A DNA stretch of 64,000 nucleotides from Malacoraja senta (GCA_038087875.1 CM075990.1:11286001-11350000); one strand, 5' to 3'. Positions 39,313 to 51,980 are shown, counted from the first letter of the stretch. A program made the numbers and translations. The notes: a model not told the origin generated them from the sequence alone.

Positions 39313-40190
39313 ACTTACTTTGGACTCTCCTTTAGTTCCTGAATTATGCCCCGTTCCTGCATTTTATATCAATGTTCCACCATGTGTAGTTTTTCACATT
39401 ACCTCTTGCAGAATGCACCAATGTTGACATTTAAATGAGATGCTGATGACATGCAACTCTGCTGGGAATTGATGTCCTTTGTCACCGGCCAAATTAGGTG
39501 CCTTCATTTTAATTAACAACCTGCTAATGAATGTTAATTACAAAATAATCACTCTGATCTAAACCAAGAGATTAAATTCCACAGAGGCAAAGGTGATTTG
39601 CCTGAACTGAATCACAAGAACCCAAGAGCACAGATAACAGAGGCAGGAAGATGCCACATGGATTTTCAAACCTGTCTTGTCATTCAATATGATCATGGTT
39701 GATCAGCCCCCAGACTCCTCTGTGCCCGTTCCCCATCATCCTCATTCCCATGATCTTGCCAGAAAATTAACAATTTCCTTTTTAATTCCCTCCAGTGTTA
39801 TAACATCACCATCCCACTGATTTGACACCCTCCTAAGCATTGACTGCCTCTTTCTTACCTTATATAATGTTGTTCTCTCATTCACATTCTCCTCACTGGC
39901 ATCTCAACATCTAACCTCCCCAATAAGATCAGCCTTCATTCTTCTCAACTCCATACAGACCCAAATTGTTTAGCCTTTTCGTGATGGAACAACCATTTCA
40001 TCCATCAATTAGACCAGTAACTTTCTCATGAATTGGCTTTCTATTTAAAAAATACACAAAGTGCCGGAGTGACTCAATGGGTCAGGCAGTATCTTCGGAG
40101 AAGTTCCAGGTCGGGAGTCTGAAGAAAGGTTCTGATCCACAATAGCACCAATCCATGCTCACCAGAGATGCTGCCTGACCAACTGAGTAA

Positions 40191-40336
40191 AGGGCCTGTC
40201 CCACTTACGTCACGCGCTCCAGACAGCTGTGCGGGCGAATGAAGTCGCGCGCGACCTTCGCCGGACCGTCGCGCCTCAACGCGACCACGAGGTTGGGTAA
40301 TTAGCATGCCAAGAACACGTAAGTGGGACAGGGGCT
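40191..40336. mobile_element. Short PIF/Harbinger-like MITE inserted in a Penelope repeat
   Basis: TIR AGGGCCTGTCCCACTTACGT / ACGTAAGTGGGACAGGGGCT; flanks TAA / TTA. Confidence 0.8.
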
Positions 40337-40646
40337 TTACTTGTCTTTTATTGTAAACCAGCATCTGCAGCTCCTTATGTCCTTCTATCTTGCTGTCTTG
40401 TATTCAAACCCCCTTCATTGTCCTGTCCGTTACATCTGTATTCTCTTCCGGACCTCTGCGCTCCTCAAATTTGGACTTTTATTTCCATCATGCCCGTAAT
40501 ATCGGCCATGTCCTCAGATGTCGAGATCTATAATTCCCGCCTCTATCTCTCTTGATGTCAAATTCTGCTTTATTTTGTTCTTAAGAAACTTCCAGGTGCA
40601 ATATAACTACAAATTGTCGTTTTTATACTTTGTACATTGTGCTACG

Positions 40647-40852
40647 TGTAAATCACTTGAGACTGTATAAGATTTACACACATCTTTAATCAGCACAGTA
40701 ACTTGGCAGCATTACAAAACAAGGTGTTGTCAGTTCATCCTAGCTGCTTCAACTAACGGTGCTGGGAATGGGCGTTAGTATAAATGTTATAATGGGGTGG
40801 AGTTAGTGATGCTGGCTAAGTGTGATTGATTCACATGCATCATCAATCTACA
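40647..40852 (-). repeat. 3' LTR (206 bp)
   Basis: Direct repeat of 42502-42698; differs by 2 substitutions and a 9-bp indel; PPT adjacent at 40853-40864. Confidence 0.95.
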
Positions 40853-40890
40853 TCCTTCCCCCTAAAGATTAAATGTGGAAAGGAAGTGTA

Positions 40891-42387
40891 TTAAACATAC
40901 TCGCCATACCTGTCTGGTAGTCTACTAACACGGCCCGAACGCGTGCGGACACAACCATCCCCTCCCTCCACTGAAGGATTAGGCAGAGAGGCTGAAGGTG
41001 AAAATCGCACGGGAGAGGCTTGTGGTGACCGAGAGGGGAAACATGCGGTAGGTGTAACCCCGTGGTTAGTGGAGACCGAGGGACGTGGGCGGGTGCAAGG
41101 CATGCGGGGACGGGCGGGAGACACTGCAAAAGGTGGCTGGAACTGGAGCGGCAGAGCATAGGGATCAGCAGGCGGTGGTCGGGGCTCCTTCACAGCAAGC
41201 AGGTGCTGTCGACTTCTCCGGTATACCGCTCCCTCACAGTCCACAAGGTACGATCGCGGCTCATCAGTCGGGCGTACAACAATGCCCAGACGAGAATGTC
41301 CAGTTGAAGTTCGTAGACGGACGACCTGGCCCGGCAGTAGAGGCTGGAGTGGTCTGCTGGAACTGTCGTATGACCGTTTCTGGATGTCGTGCTTCTCTTG
41401 GAGACTTTGCTGGACAGTGGCGGGCTTCAGCACCCGAGGGACTAGCTGCTGTTGTGCGATGGGGACCGGAGACCTTGTCACCCTCGACAGCAGATGCTGT
41501 GCTGGTGACCCCAAGGTTCCGTCTCTTGCGATGTTTCTGAGATTCAGGAGATCGAGATAGACGTCTGACTTTGAAATGCGCGCTCCCTCCAGCAAGTGCT
41601 TGGCGCTTCTGACAGCGCGTTCAGCGAGTCCATTACTCTGTGGATACTCGGGACTGCTTGTGACGTACTGGAAGTTCCATCGGTCTGCGAAAAGCTTGAA
41701 CAAGTGGCTGGTGAACTGTGGACCGTTGTCGGTTCTCAGGATGACAGGAGCGCCATAGGCTGAGAAGTGTATTTTCAGCTTCTTGATGACCATCTCAGAC
41801 GTGAGGGAGGTCAGTTGGTCAAGTTCACACCAGTTGGAAAAAGAGTCGACCAGAACGAGGTAGTGCTTACCGCACCATTCGAAAATGTCCGCAGCCAGCG
41901 ACGACCAAGGCAGTGCTGGTGGAGGTTGTTGCAGAAGGGGTTGCCGCTGCTGATGAGGCACAAAATTGTTGCAATGGGGCAGGAGGCTACGCGGTCCCGG
42001 ATGTACGTGGCCATTCCGGGCCAGTAGAACAGATCCCGGGCGCGTGCCAGTGTGGAGTCGGCTCCTGGGTGACCGCTGTGTACCTCTTTGAATTACTCGT
42101 CTTGTAGCGATGAAGGTACCACTACCTTGTGACCCTTAACGACCACACCATCCTGAACCATCAGTTCATCATGGACCAAGAAGTACGGCTGCACCTCTGT
42201 GGGCGTGTTGGATTGTTTGTCTGGCCAGCCTGTTTTGATGATGGATGAGAGGGCTTGAAGCGTATCATCATTAGCAGTGTGCGCAGCCAGAATGCACAGT
42301 TGCTTGCTGGAGATTAGACCGACACCGAGAACCGTGAAATTCTCCCGTTCATGCGGGTGTTGTTCGCAAGATGTTCAAGGAGCACGA
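40891..42387 (-). pseudogene. pol remnant: RNase H C-terminal end, HHCC zinc-binding domain, rve integrase core and C-terminal tail
   Basis: RAP*…GWP…VHSGHPG…FYWPGM…C; frameshift near 41960; open 356-aa stretch with AADIF…TDNGPQF-(35 residues)-E (SNGLAERAV); two upstream stops. Confidence 0.92.
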
Positions 42388-42456
42388 CATCCAGAAAAGG
42401 TCATATGACAGTTCCAGCAGAGCACTCCAGCCTCTACTGCCGGGCCAGGTTGTCCA

Positions 42457-42501
42457 GGTCTCCGATTGGAGGCGTGCGTTCGAAACCCACTTCTGACACC
42501 A
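42457..42501 (+). other. tRNA-Leu 3'-half copy including CCA (extended primer-binding site)
   Basis: GGTCTCCGATTGGAGGCGTGCGTTCGAAACCCACTTCTGACACCA: long variable arm, T arm, acceptor strand and CCA as in vertebrate tRNA-Leu(CAA/CAG). Confidence 0.85.
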
Positions 42502-42698
42502 TGTAAATCACTTGAGACTCTATAAGATTTACACACATCTTTAATCAGCACAGTAACTTGGCAGCATTACTGTTGTCAGTTCATCCTAGCTGCTTCAACT
42601 AACGGTGCTGGGAATGGGCGTTAGTATAAATGTTATAATGGGGTGGAGTTAGTGATGCTGGCTAAGTGTGATTGGTTCACATGCATCATCAATCTACA
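42502..42698 (-). repeat. 5' LTR (197 bp)
   Basis: Direct repeat of 40647-40852, abutting the PBS. Confidence 0.95.
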
Positions 42699-43600
42699 CT
42701 ACCCAAATAAGAGGTGTTCAGAGATTGCAACATGAGCATAAAGGGGCACAGGTTAGTTGATGGTACTAAGGATTATAGTTTAGCTTTCTGGTAGTCTTCA
42801 GTTCCATCACCTCCACTACCACTTACCCCCTTTCCCTCCCCCATGCCACACTAAAGTCATGATATTACTCACATAGAACCTCCACTGGTGTTGGAGGGAC
42901 ATTTGGCAGGACTAGTCAATAAGGAACACAGATTGAACACAGATCACATAATTCCTTTCCGTCATAATAATGTATGTTGTGGGTCATCATGGTGATGTTA
43001 TTACAATGAAGATTTGGAGATGCACTTAAATGTCAAAGCTGCAGGGGGCACTTGGCTAATTAAAGGATTTGGGAACAAGTATTAGTATCAGTATTGGTGC
43101 CTATCGATCTACTTGATTGTCAAAAGAAAACATTTGGTTAATTGATGTTCTTTGGGGAAGGGGATTGTCATTCTTTGCTGGCTAGCCTGTTTGTGACTGC
43201 TAAGTTGTAAGTTCTATAGTCCTTCAAATTCACCAAGCAGCATATTCAGACTAAGGGCCATTAGAGATGGGCATTAAGTGCTGATCTTGCCAGCAAAGTC
43301 CACATCCCGTGAAAGAGTAAAATAATTCACACTCCGCTCTGTGCTTAAGCTCATAGAATCACTTGTTGTAACATGCTCCAATGAATTGATTCATTTAACT
43401 TACATGTTATCAGATAAGTTGGAGAAAATAAAAAGTGATATTATGATACTCAAATTCTGCATTTATGACAATTAAGACAATTACTTGATGGCAAGAAACA
43501 CATCAAAATGATTTTATATTTCTCACGACACAGAAGGGAGCCATTCAGTCCATTAGGTCCATGACAGCTCTCAGAATAATTTCATCAACCCCACTTGCCC

Positions 43601-46386
43601 AACAGTGGCTCAGCAGTAGAGTTACTGCCCTACAGCGCCAGAGACCTGGGTCGATCCTGACTGCGGGTGCTATCTGTATGGAGTTCGTACGTTTCTCCCC
43701 GTGACCTGTGTAGGGTTTTCTCAGGGAGCTCTGGTTTCATAGAAACATAGAAACATAGAAAATAGGTGCAGGAGTAGGCCATTTGGCCCTTCGAGCCATT
43801 CGATATGATCATGGCTGATCATCCAACTCAGTATCCTGTACCTGCTTTCTCTCCATACCCCCTGATCCCTTTAGCCACAAGGGCCACATCTAACTCCCTC
43901 TTAAATAGAACTGGTTGAGGCCAATGAACTGGCCTCAACTACCTTCTGTGGCAGAGAATTCCAGAGATTCACCACTCTCTGTGTGAAAAATGTTTTTCTC
44001 ATCTCGGTCCTAAAAGATTTCCCCCTTATCCTTAAACTGTGACCCATTGTTCTGGACTTCCCCAACATCGGGAACAATCTTCCTGCATCTAGCCTGTCCA
44101 ACCCCTTAAGAATATTGTACGTTTCTATAAGATCCCCCCTCAATCTTCTAAATTCTAGCTAGTACAAACCGAGTCTATCCAGTCTTTCTTCATATGAAAG
44201 TCCTGACATCTCAGGAATAAGTCTGGTGAACCTTCTCTGTACTCCCTCTATGGCAAGAATGTCTTTCCTCAGATTAGGAGACCAAAACTGTACGCAATAC
44301 TCCAGGTGTGGTCTCACCAAGACCCTGTACAACTGCAGTAGAACCTCCCTGCTCCTATACTCAAATCCTTTTGCTATGAATGCTAACATACCATTCGCCT
44401 TCTTCACTGCCTGCTGCACCTGCATGCCTACTTTTAATGACTGGTGTACCATGACACCCAGGTCTCGTTGCATCTCCCCTTTTCCTAATCGGCCACCATT
44501 CAGATAATAGTCTACTTTCCTGTTTTTGCCACCAAAGTGGATAACCTCACATTTATCCACGTTATACTGCATCTGCCATGCATTTGCCCACTCACCCAGC
44601 CTATCCAAGTCACCTTGCAGCCTCCGAGCATCCTCCTCACAGCTAACACTGCCCCCCAGCTTCGTGTCATCCGCAAACCTGGAGATGTTGCATTCAATTC
44701 CCTAGTCCAAATCATTAATATATATCGTAAATAGCTGGGGTCCCAGCACTGAGCCTTGCGGTACCCCACTAGTCACTGCCTGCCATTGTGAAAAGGACCC
44801 GTTTACTCCTACTCTTTGCTTCCTGTCTGCCAGCCAGTTCTCTATCCACATCAATACTGAACCCCCAATACCGTGTGCTTTAAGTTTGTATACTAATCTC
44901 TTATGTGGGACCTTGTCGAAAGCCTTCTGAAAGTCCAGATATAACATATCCACTGGTTCTCCCTTATCCACTCTACTAGTTACATCCTCGAAAAATTCTA
45001 TAAGATTCGTCAGACATGATTTACCTTTCATAAATCCATGCTGACTTTGTCCAATGATTTCACCACTTTCCAAATGTGCTGCTATCCCATCTTTAATAAC
45101 TGATTCTAGCAGTTTCCCCACTACCGACGTTAGACTAACTGGTCTGTAATTCCCCGTTTTCTCTCTCCCTCCCTTTTTAAAAAGTGGGGTTACATTAGCT
45201 ACCCTCCAATCCTCAGGAACTACTCCAGAATCTAAAGAGTTTTGAAAAATTATCACTAATGCATCCACTATTTCTGGGGCTACTTCCTTAAGTACTCTGG
45301 GATGCAGCCTATCTGGCCCAGGGGATTTATCGGCCTTTAATCCATTCAATTTACCTAACACCACTAACCTGGATTTCACTCAGTTCCTCCATCTCATTTG
45401 ACCCTCGGTCCCCTGCTATTTCCGGCAGATTATTTATGTCTTCCTTAGTGAAGACAGAACCAAAGTAGTTATTCAATTGGTCTGCCATGTCCTTGTTCCC
45501 CATGATCAATTCACCTGTTTCTGACTGCAAGGGTCCTACATTTGTTTTAACTAATCTTTTTCTCTTCACATATCTATAAAAGCTTTTGCAGTCAGTTTTT
45601 ATGTTCCCTGCCAGTTTTCTTTCATAATCTATTTTCCCTTTCCTAATTAAGCCCTTTGTCCTCCTCTGGTGGACTCTGAATTTCTCCCAGTCCTCTGGTA
45701 GGCTGCTTTTTCTGGCTAATTTGTACGCTTCATCTTTTGTTTTGATACTATCCCTGATTTCCCTTGTTATCCATGAATGCACTACCTTCCCTGATTTATT
45801 TTTTGCCAAACTGGGATGAACAATTGTTGTAGTTTATCCATGCAGTCTTTAAATGCCTTCCATTGCATATCTACCGTCAACCCATTAAGAATCAATTGCC
45901 AGTCTATCTTGGCCAATTCACTTCTCATACCCTTAAAGTTACCTTTCTTTAAGTTCAGGACTCTTGTTTCTGAATTAACAATGTCACTCTCCATCCTAAT
46001 GAAGAACTCAACCATATTATGGTCACTCTTGCCCAAGGGGCCACGCACAACAAGACTGCTAACTAACCCTTCCTCATTACTCAATACCCAATCTAGAATA
46101 GCGTGCTCTCTCGTTGGTTCCTCTACATGTTGGTTTAGAAAACTATCCCGCATACATTCCAAAAAATCCTCTTCCTCAGCACCCTTTCCAATTTGATTCA
46201 CCCAATCTATATGTAGATCCTCCCACATTCTAAAGGCATACAGGTTTGTAGGTTTATTGGCTTGGTAAAATTTTAAATTGTCCCTAGTGTGTGTAGGATA
46301 GTGTTCATATGCGGGGATCGCTGGTTGGCGTGGACTCATTGGGACGAAGGGCCTATTTCCGCACTGTATCACCAAACTAAACTAAA
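43601..46386 (+). mobile_element. HE1-like SINE split by a CR1 LINE (halves 43601-43738 and 46218-46386)
   Basis: …ctctggtttc | LINE | tcctcccacattctaaagg… rejoins to the SINE consensus. Confidence 0.85.
43738..46217 (-). mobile_element. 5'-truncated CR1 LINE, 2.5 kb, ORF2 pseudogene (endonuclease C-terminus and RT)
   Basis: ILDWVL…GKSDH; KSPGPD…NYRPVSLTS…[11 protein letters not shown]…[21 protein letters not shown]; several stops and frameshifts; (TTTCTATG)n tail. Confidence 0.95.
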
Positions 46387-46450
46387 GTAATATCCGAATC
46401 TCACATATCCCTTAACCCCTGCTGGAAATCACACCAGGAGTGATTTATAA

Positions 46451-46839
46451 AGGGCCTGTCCCACTTTCACGACTTAATTCAAAACCTCTGCCGAGTTTAA
46501 AGGACCTAAAAAAAAAGTCAAGATCGTGGTAATCTACGAACTCCTACGAGTATGTCTACGAATTCCCACGACTATTTCGATGCTCTCCTTACGAGTAAAA
46601 AGTTGCAATTTCTTTCATCCCAACCATTTTTTTACTCGTGGACATTTTTTATCGGGCTGGAAAAAACGTCCCGACTTATCTGATCCCACGAGTACCTACG
46701 GATGGCATCACGAGTCGCTACGATATATCTACGAACTCCTACCACCTCCTACGGACTCGTTATGAACATTCTGCGAGTTTGAATCAAGGGGAAAACTCGG
46801 GAGAATTCGTGAATAACTCGTGAAAGTGGGACAGGCCCT
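46451..46839. mobile_element. PIF/Harbinger-like MITE
   Basis: TIR AGGGCCTGTCCCACTTTCACGA / TCGTGAAAGTGGGACAGGCCCT; flanks TAA / TTA; internal CTACGA repeats; related to 18520-18745. Confidence 0.88.
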
Positions 46840-47855
46840 TTAGTCAATTAACCTATCAACCTGTATATCTTTACGACATGGAGGATTATAACCATACAAT
46901 CACGTGAAGTACATGCAAACTCCACATAGATAAAACCAGAGGTTGGGATCAAGCCTGGTTCCTGGAAACTGTGAAGCAACAGTGATAACCACTGTGCTAA
47001 CATGAGGCATGTTTCTTGCTTGCTGACAAAATACATTATTTGTGATCGTTCATGTAGGTAGCCTCATTCATTTCACAGTGAGTGGTGGGAATAGGGTGGT
47101 CTCTATTTAATTTCTTGCCGCTTATAAAACATCAATGTGATTAATTACAAATCTGCACTTTTACAATTTAAAGACATTTTTGTATTCTATTTATAATAGG
47201 ATTTTAATGCACAGATTCTGAGCATGATTTATTATCTTCGCCACCAACCTATTTGAAATGATTTGTTTAATACCTCTGTTAAATACAAAGAAAGAAACGT
47301 GGACACAAGTTTCAATGGACACAAAACGCTGGAGTATCTCAGCAGGTCAGGCAGCGAATCTGGAGAGAAGGAATGGGTGACGTTTCAGGTCGAGACCCTT
47401 CTTCAGCCAGACTTCAGTTTTTTCCTACACAAGGAACTTCATTGAATGTTGCATATTTTTGATGAGTATCATCATCTTTTGGGAATAAATTTATTACTAA
47501 AGTGCATTTTTGGAAAAGCTGAAAAGATTTTATACAATTAAAAAAAAAACTTACTTTATGTAGCTCGTGCAAAGGTTTTTTTGGGTTGTTTTTGGACCAT
47601 TTAAAAAATCGTAGAAAACCTTTTTAAGCATATTCTTGTCAAATTTTATGCAGTTTGGTTATCTCTCAAATTACAGCTGTGCTAATCTGAATGTATTTTG
47701 ATATATTGGCCAGAATTTAGTCTCTGATTGCACACCGTTAAGGTATGATGTTGTAATCTTTGTGTTTTGACTATTGCAGCAGAAATTCAGTTTTGTCGAG
47801 TCCCAATGATGACGTGCCACATTTTTAGCAAATTCAATGGAATATTTTTGTTTCC

Positions 47856-48145
47856 TTGTTTAGCTTAGAAATACAGTGCGGAAACAGACCCTTCGGTCCA
47901 CCGACCAACGATTCCCGTACACTAGCACTATCCTGCACACTAGGGACAACTTACAATCTTTACAAAAGCCAATTAACCTCCAAACCTGTACATCTCTGGA
48001 GTGTGGGAGGAAACCAGAGCACCCGGGGAAAGCCCATGCGCAGGGAGAACGTACAAACTTCATACAGACAGCACCCGTAGTCAGGATCGAACCCGGGTCT
48101 CTGGCGCTGAAAGGCAACAAGTCTACCGCTGCACTACCTAGCCGT
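47856..48145 (-). mobile_element. HE1-like SINE
   Basis: Reverse complement of the family; B box GGTTCGATCC. Confidence 0.85.
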
Positions 48146-49719
48146 CCCCGAATTCAAACTGTTGTTTGAATTCAAAGAACTTTTCATTAAAAATACCAGG
48201 CCAGAGAGCTCCACGCAAACATGCTGGATGTTGGCACAGCGAACTTTGAACAATAGTGTCTGATGATCTTCCGCATATTGCATTGTGGATGGTGACACAA
48301 ACACACGCACTGTTTACAGGTTCTTCCAATTGAGATCAACTCTAACCCATTTATCTGGCAAAAATATACACATTCAACACAGGAAAATATGTTAACTCTT
48401 CAATAACGATTCTACCCACCTCTGAGACTAATGGAAATGTTTATTAACAATCAGCTAAGGCTTGGAAAGACCTCTGCAATGAGATTTAGTTTCATTTACA
48501 TGTTGTGGCAGAGAATGTGAGAGTGAGATTAATACAGCTAGCATGCAGACCATATAATACATCGGAGTAAATGAGCTTCCTGGATTGCTCTGAATGATGG
48601 ACTGGCTCCAAAAAGGACAGAAATATAACTCACGAGCAGAGAATTTTTAACAGAACCATGCATTTTGTTAGGGAATTGTTTTGTTTCCTTGAAAAGATTA
48701 TTTTTCAAATTTCTGACAGTTGCACTTAAATTGTGTGAGTGGCTTAGCATAACGACATTTGATCAGCTTGGGTTTAAAAAAAAATTCCTGCTACAGGTTA
48801 AAGAAAGCTTCTTACCAGATTGTTAATAATCAAAAACATCTCATCTGCGGCACTAGCATTGTACAGATAATTTATCCTTCCATCATTTTGCTTACTGCTA
48901 GGGTAAGGAAGCTACTCAAGGGAAAAATTGAGTTTTAAAAGACAAGGCAATTTAGATTTATTTCAAAATCTGAGATTCATTTCAATGGTTCCATCTATTT
49001 AAAAATATCAGTCATCACTCGCGACTGTATTCATAGATTGCACACGTTGATTTATTTACCAATGATCTATCTCTCTCTTTATCATTATGGAAAGAATAAC
49101 ATACCTTGTATTCGTTACCTTGTATTAGTTTGAAATATTTTCTTTACTTTTCACAAACTTAAGCTGGTAAGTCAATTTGCCTCTATTAGGGTAATTCTAC
49201 GGAACTGCCAATCCCTCTGTTTGAGATTCCAGTGGGGAACTGATTTAAATGAGATTCTTCTTTGAGAACCCAGCTGTGTATCTGACAGGCTCCATTTTGA
49301 GAAAGAAGTTGAATGGAATGACCTGCCGTGACACAATGATAAGGAATGAACAATGAATCAATATTCATACTATGTTCATACTTCAATACTATCAATATTG
49401 TCACAAAGACCTTTACCACTGATGATGTACATTTTGAAATATAGTTAGTGTTGTAGTGTGGGAACTGGGTAATTTGATTGCCTTCAGTAAGTTCCCACAG
49501 ACACTAATGATTTAATGACCCAATATTTTCAGTATTTTCAGTATAACATCAACCAGGGCGATGGGAAGAACATTTTGAAATAGTGCCACAGGTTGTTTTG
49601 TTGTTTCGTGAGGACAGATGGGTCATGGTTTAAAGTTTTGTCTAATGGACATTACCTGGGTATTAAGATAAGAAAAACATGCAGGTGCTGGATATCTAAA
49701 ACAAAAACCAGAAAACCAG

Positions 49720-51980
49720 GACAGCACGGTGGCACAGTGGTTGAGTTGCTGCCCCACAGCGCCACAGACCCGGTTTCGATCCTCACTTTAGGTGCTGTCT
49801 GTATAGAGTTTGGACTTCCTCCCATGGACTCATGAGTTTGGACTTTCTCCCATGGACTCATGAGTTTGGACTTTCTCCCATGGACTTTTTTTTAAAAATT
49901 TTATTTTTTTAATTTTTATTTATTAGAAGTACATTACATTACAACCAATTACACTAGTACTCATCACATATATCTTATTACAATTAATGTACTCCGTTTA
50001 TTTTCTACACTAATAAAGGGAAATGATGAGATTGAGAGAAAGAAGAAAGTGAAGGAAAAAAGTGAAAGTGTAAAAAACGTGACAACAAAAAAGAAGACAA
50101 AAAAGACAAAGACCCTATAAGAAAGAAATTAAAAACAAAAGGAAAGAGTTAAGAAATAGACCCTAAAAAAGAAGAAAAAAGAGAAAGAGGGAAAAGAGAA
50201 AAACAAATACTTTTTTTGTAAGCATCACGCAAATGGGACATACCAACTCTCCAGCTTTCATCCCCCCTTACCTGACCTCAGTTTTTTTTTAGTACTTTTG
50301 CACCCTATACTTGTAGTAATTCTATAAATGCAGACCACGTCAGGTGGAAGTGATCTGGTTTACCTGCCAGGAGGAGTCTTATCTCTTCTAGGTGTAATGT
50401 TTCAAACATATTTGAAATCCACATGTTTATAGTTGGTATTGGAGCGTTTTTCCAGAATTTTAGGATTAACTTTTTTCCAGTTATTAACCCATAGTCTATT
50501 AATTTCTTTTGGAACACATTTAGTTCTGGACTATCTTCCGTTGTTCCGAAGATAATCCATTCTGCTTTGGGTATCAGTTTAATTTTAAATAATTTTGTAA
50601 AGATTTCAAAAATTTCAATCCAAAATTTTTGAATTTTTGTACAGAAAACAAATGAGTGCGCTATAGTAGCTTCTTGAGATTGACATTTATCACAAATTGA
50701 TGATACATTTCGGAACATTTTATTGATTTTAGTTTTAGAATAATATAATCTATGTAAAATTTTAAATTGTATTAAAGTGTGTCTTACATTAATCGAACAT
50801 TTATGCACATTTTATAAATGTTCATTCCACCTTTCCTTTGAGATTTTAATAGCTAATTCTTGTTCCCAGTCTCTTCTAATACCTTCCGTAGATGGTATTT
50901 CTATATTTAAGATAATATTATACAAATATGATATTAAGTTTGCTGATTCAGCTTTTATCTGCATTGCTTCATCCAATACATCTGTTGAGGTATTATGATG
51001 ATCTTTTATATATTTTTTCAAATTGTCACATATTTGAAAATATTTAAAATATTGATTATTTCCGAGTTTATATTTTATTTGTAGTTGTTGGAATGATAGT
51101 AATTTTCCAGTTTTGTACAAGTCACCGAACATTTTAATTCCTAGTCTATCCCATTGTATGAAAGATTTGTCTGTAATAGAGGGATTAAATGAAGGGTTAT
51201 TAATTATGGGAGATAAAAGCGATAAATTTCTTAATTTTAAATTTTGTTTTATTTGTTTCCAAGTTCTGATTGTACTATGTATAATTGGGTTTTTGTTATA
51301 ATTTATGTTATTCAGTTTCATTGGTGAGAGAAGGATCGCTCCAATGTTTCCAGAGGAGCAGTCCTCTCTCTCCATTACAATCCAGTCCACTTGCTGGGCA
51401 GAGTTGTCCATCAGTTGAATCATATTTTTAATATTTACTGACCAATAGTAATACATGAAGTTAGGGAGTGCTAAGCCCCCTAATACTTTAGCTTTGTTCA
51501 AGTGTGTTCTTTGTATTCTATGTGATTTATAGTCCCATATAAAATTCATAATCTCTGAATCCAGTTTAAAAAAAAACTTATTTGGTAGATATATAGGAAT
51601 CAATTGAAATAGGTATAAAATTTGTGGTAAGAAGATCATTTTTATTTCATTTATTCAGCCTATTAAAGACATCGGGAGCGTTTTCCAAAATTTAATCCTG
51701 ACTTTAGGTGCTGTCTGTATAGAGTTTGGACTTTCTCCCATGGACTCATGAGTTTGGACTTTCTCCCATGGACTTTCTGCGTGGGTTTTCCCCAGGATCT
51801 TCGGTTTCCTCCCACACTCCAAAGACGTACATGTTTGTAGGCTAATTGGCTTGGTATAAATGTAAACAATTTTCCCTAGTGTGTGTAGGGTAGTGTTAAT
51901 GTGCAGGGATCACTGGTCGGTGCGGACTCGGTGGGCTGAAGGACCTGTTTCTACGCTGTATCTCTAAACAAAACTAAATA
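49720..51980 (+). mobile_element. HE1-like SINE split by an L1 (halves 49720-49888 and 51695-51980)
   Basis: Head ggacagcacggtggcacagtgg; tail ctgtatctctaaacaaaactaaa. Confidence 0.85.
49889..51694 (-). mobile_element. 5'-truncated L1-clade LINE (ORF2 C-terminus, 3' UTR, A-rich tail)
   Basis: LSLIG-type motif, GGLALPNF..YYW, QFKILHRLYY, CDKC…H…C zinc knuckle; ORFs 50812-51639 and 50305-50808 are in frame, separated by one stop. Confidence 0.92.

Larger units (their letters stand above)
40647..42698 (-). mobile_element. Internally deleted Ty3/Gypsy (Mag-like) LTR retrotransposon
   Basis: Two TG…CA LTRs, PBS TGGTGTCAGAAGTGGG, PPT TAGGGGGAAGGA, 5-bp TSD CTACG / CTACC, integrase ORF; gag, protease, RT and nearly all RNase H absent. 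Confidence 0.95.

Noticed and set aside
40891..41961. Domesticated integrase gene
   Set aside because: Lies within a young LTR element with upstream stops and a frameshift; an open frame is expected from recent age.
42457..42501. Functional tRNA-Leu gene
   Set aside because: Only the 3' half is present, with encoded CCA, abutting an LTR.
49806..49888. 28-bp direct repeats resembling a CRISPR array
   Set aside because: No spacers, no cas genes, eukaryotic context; tandem duplication within a SINE.
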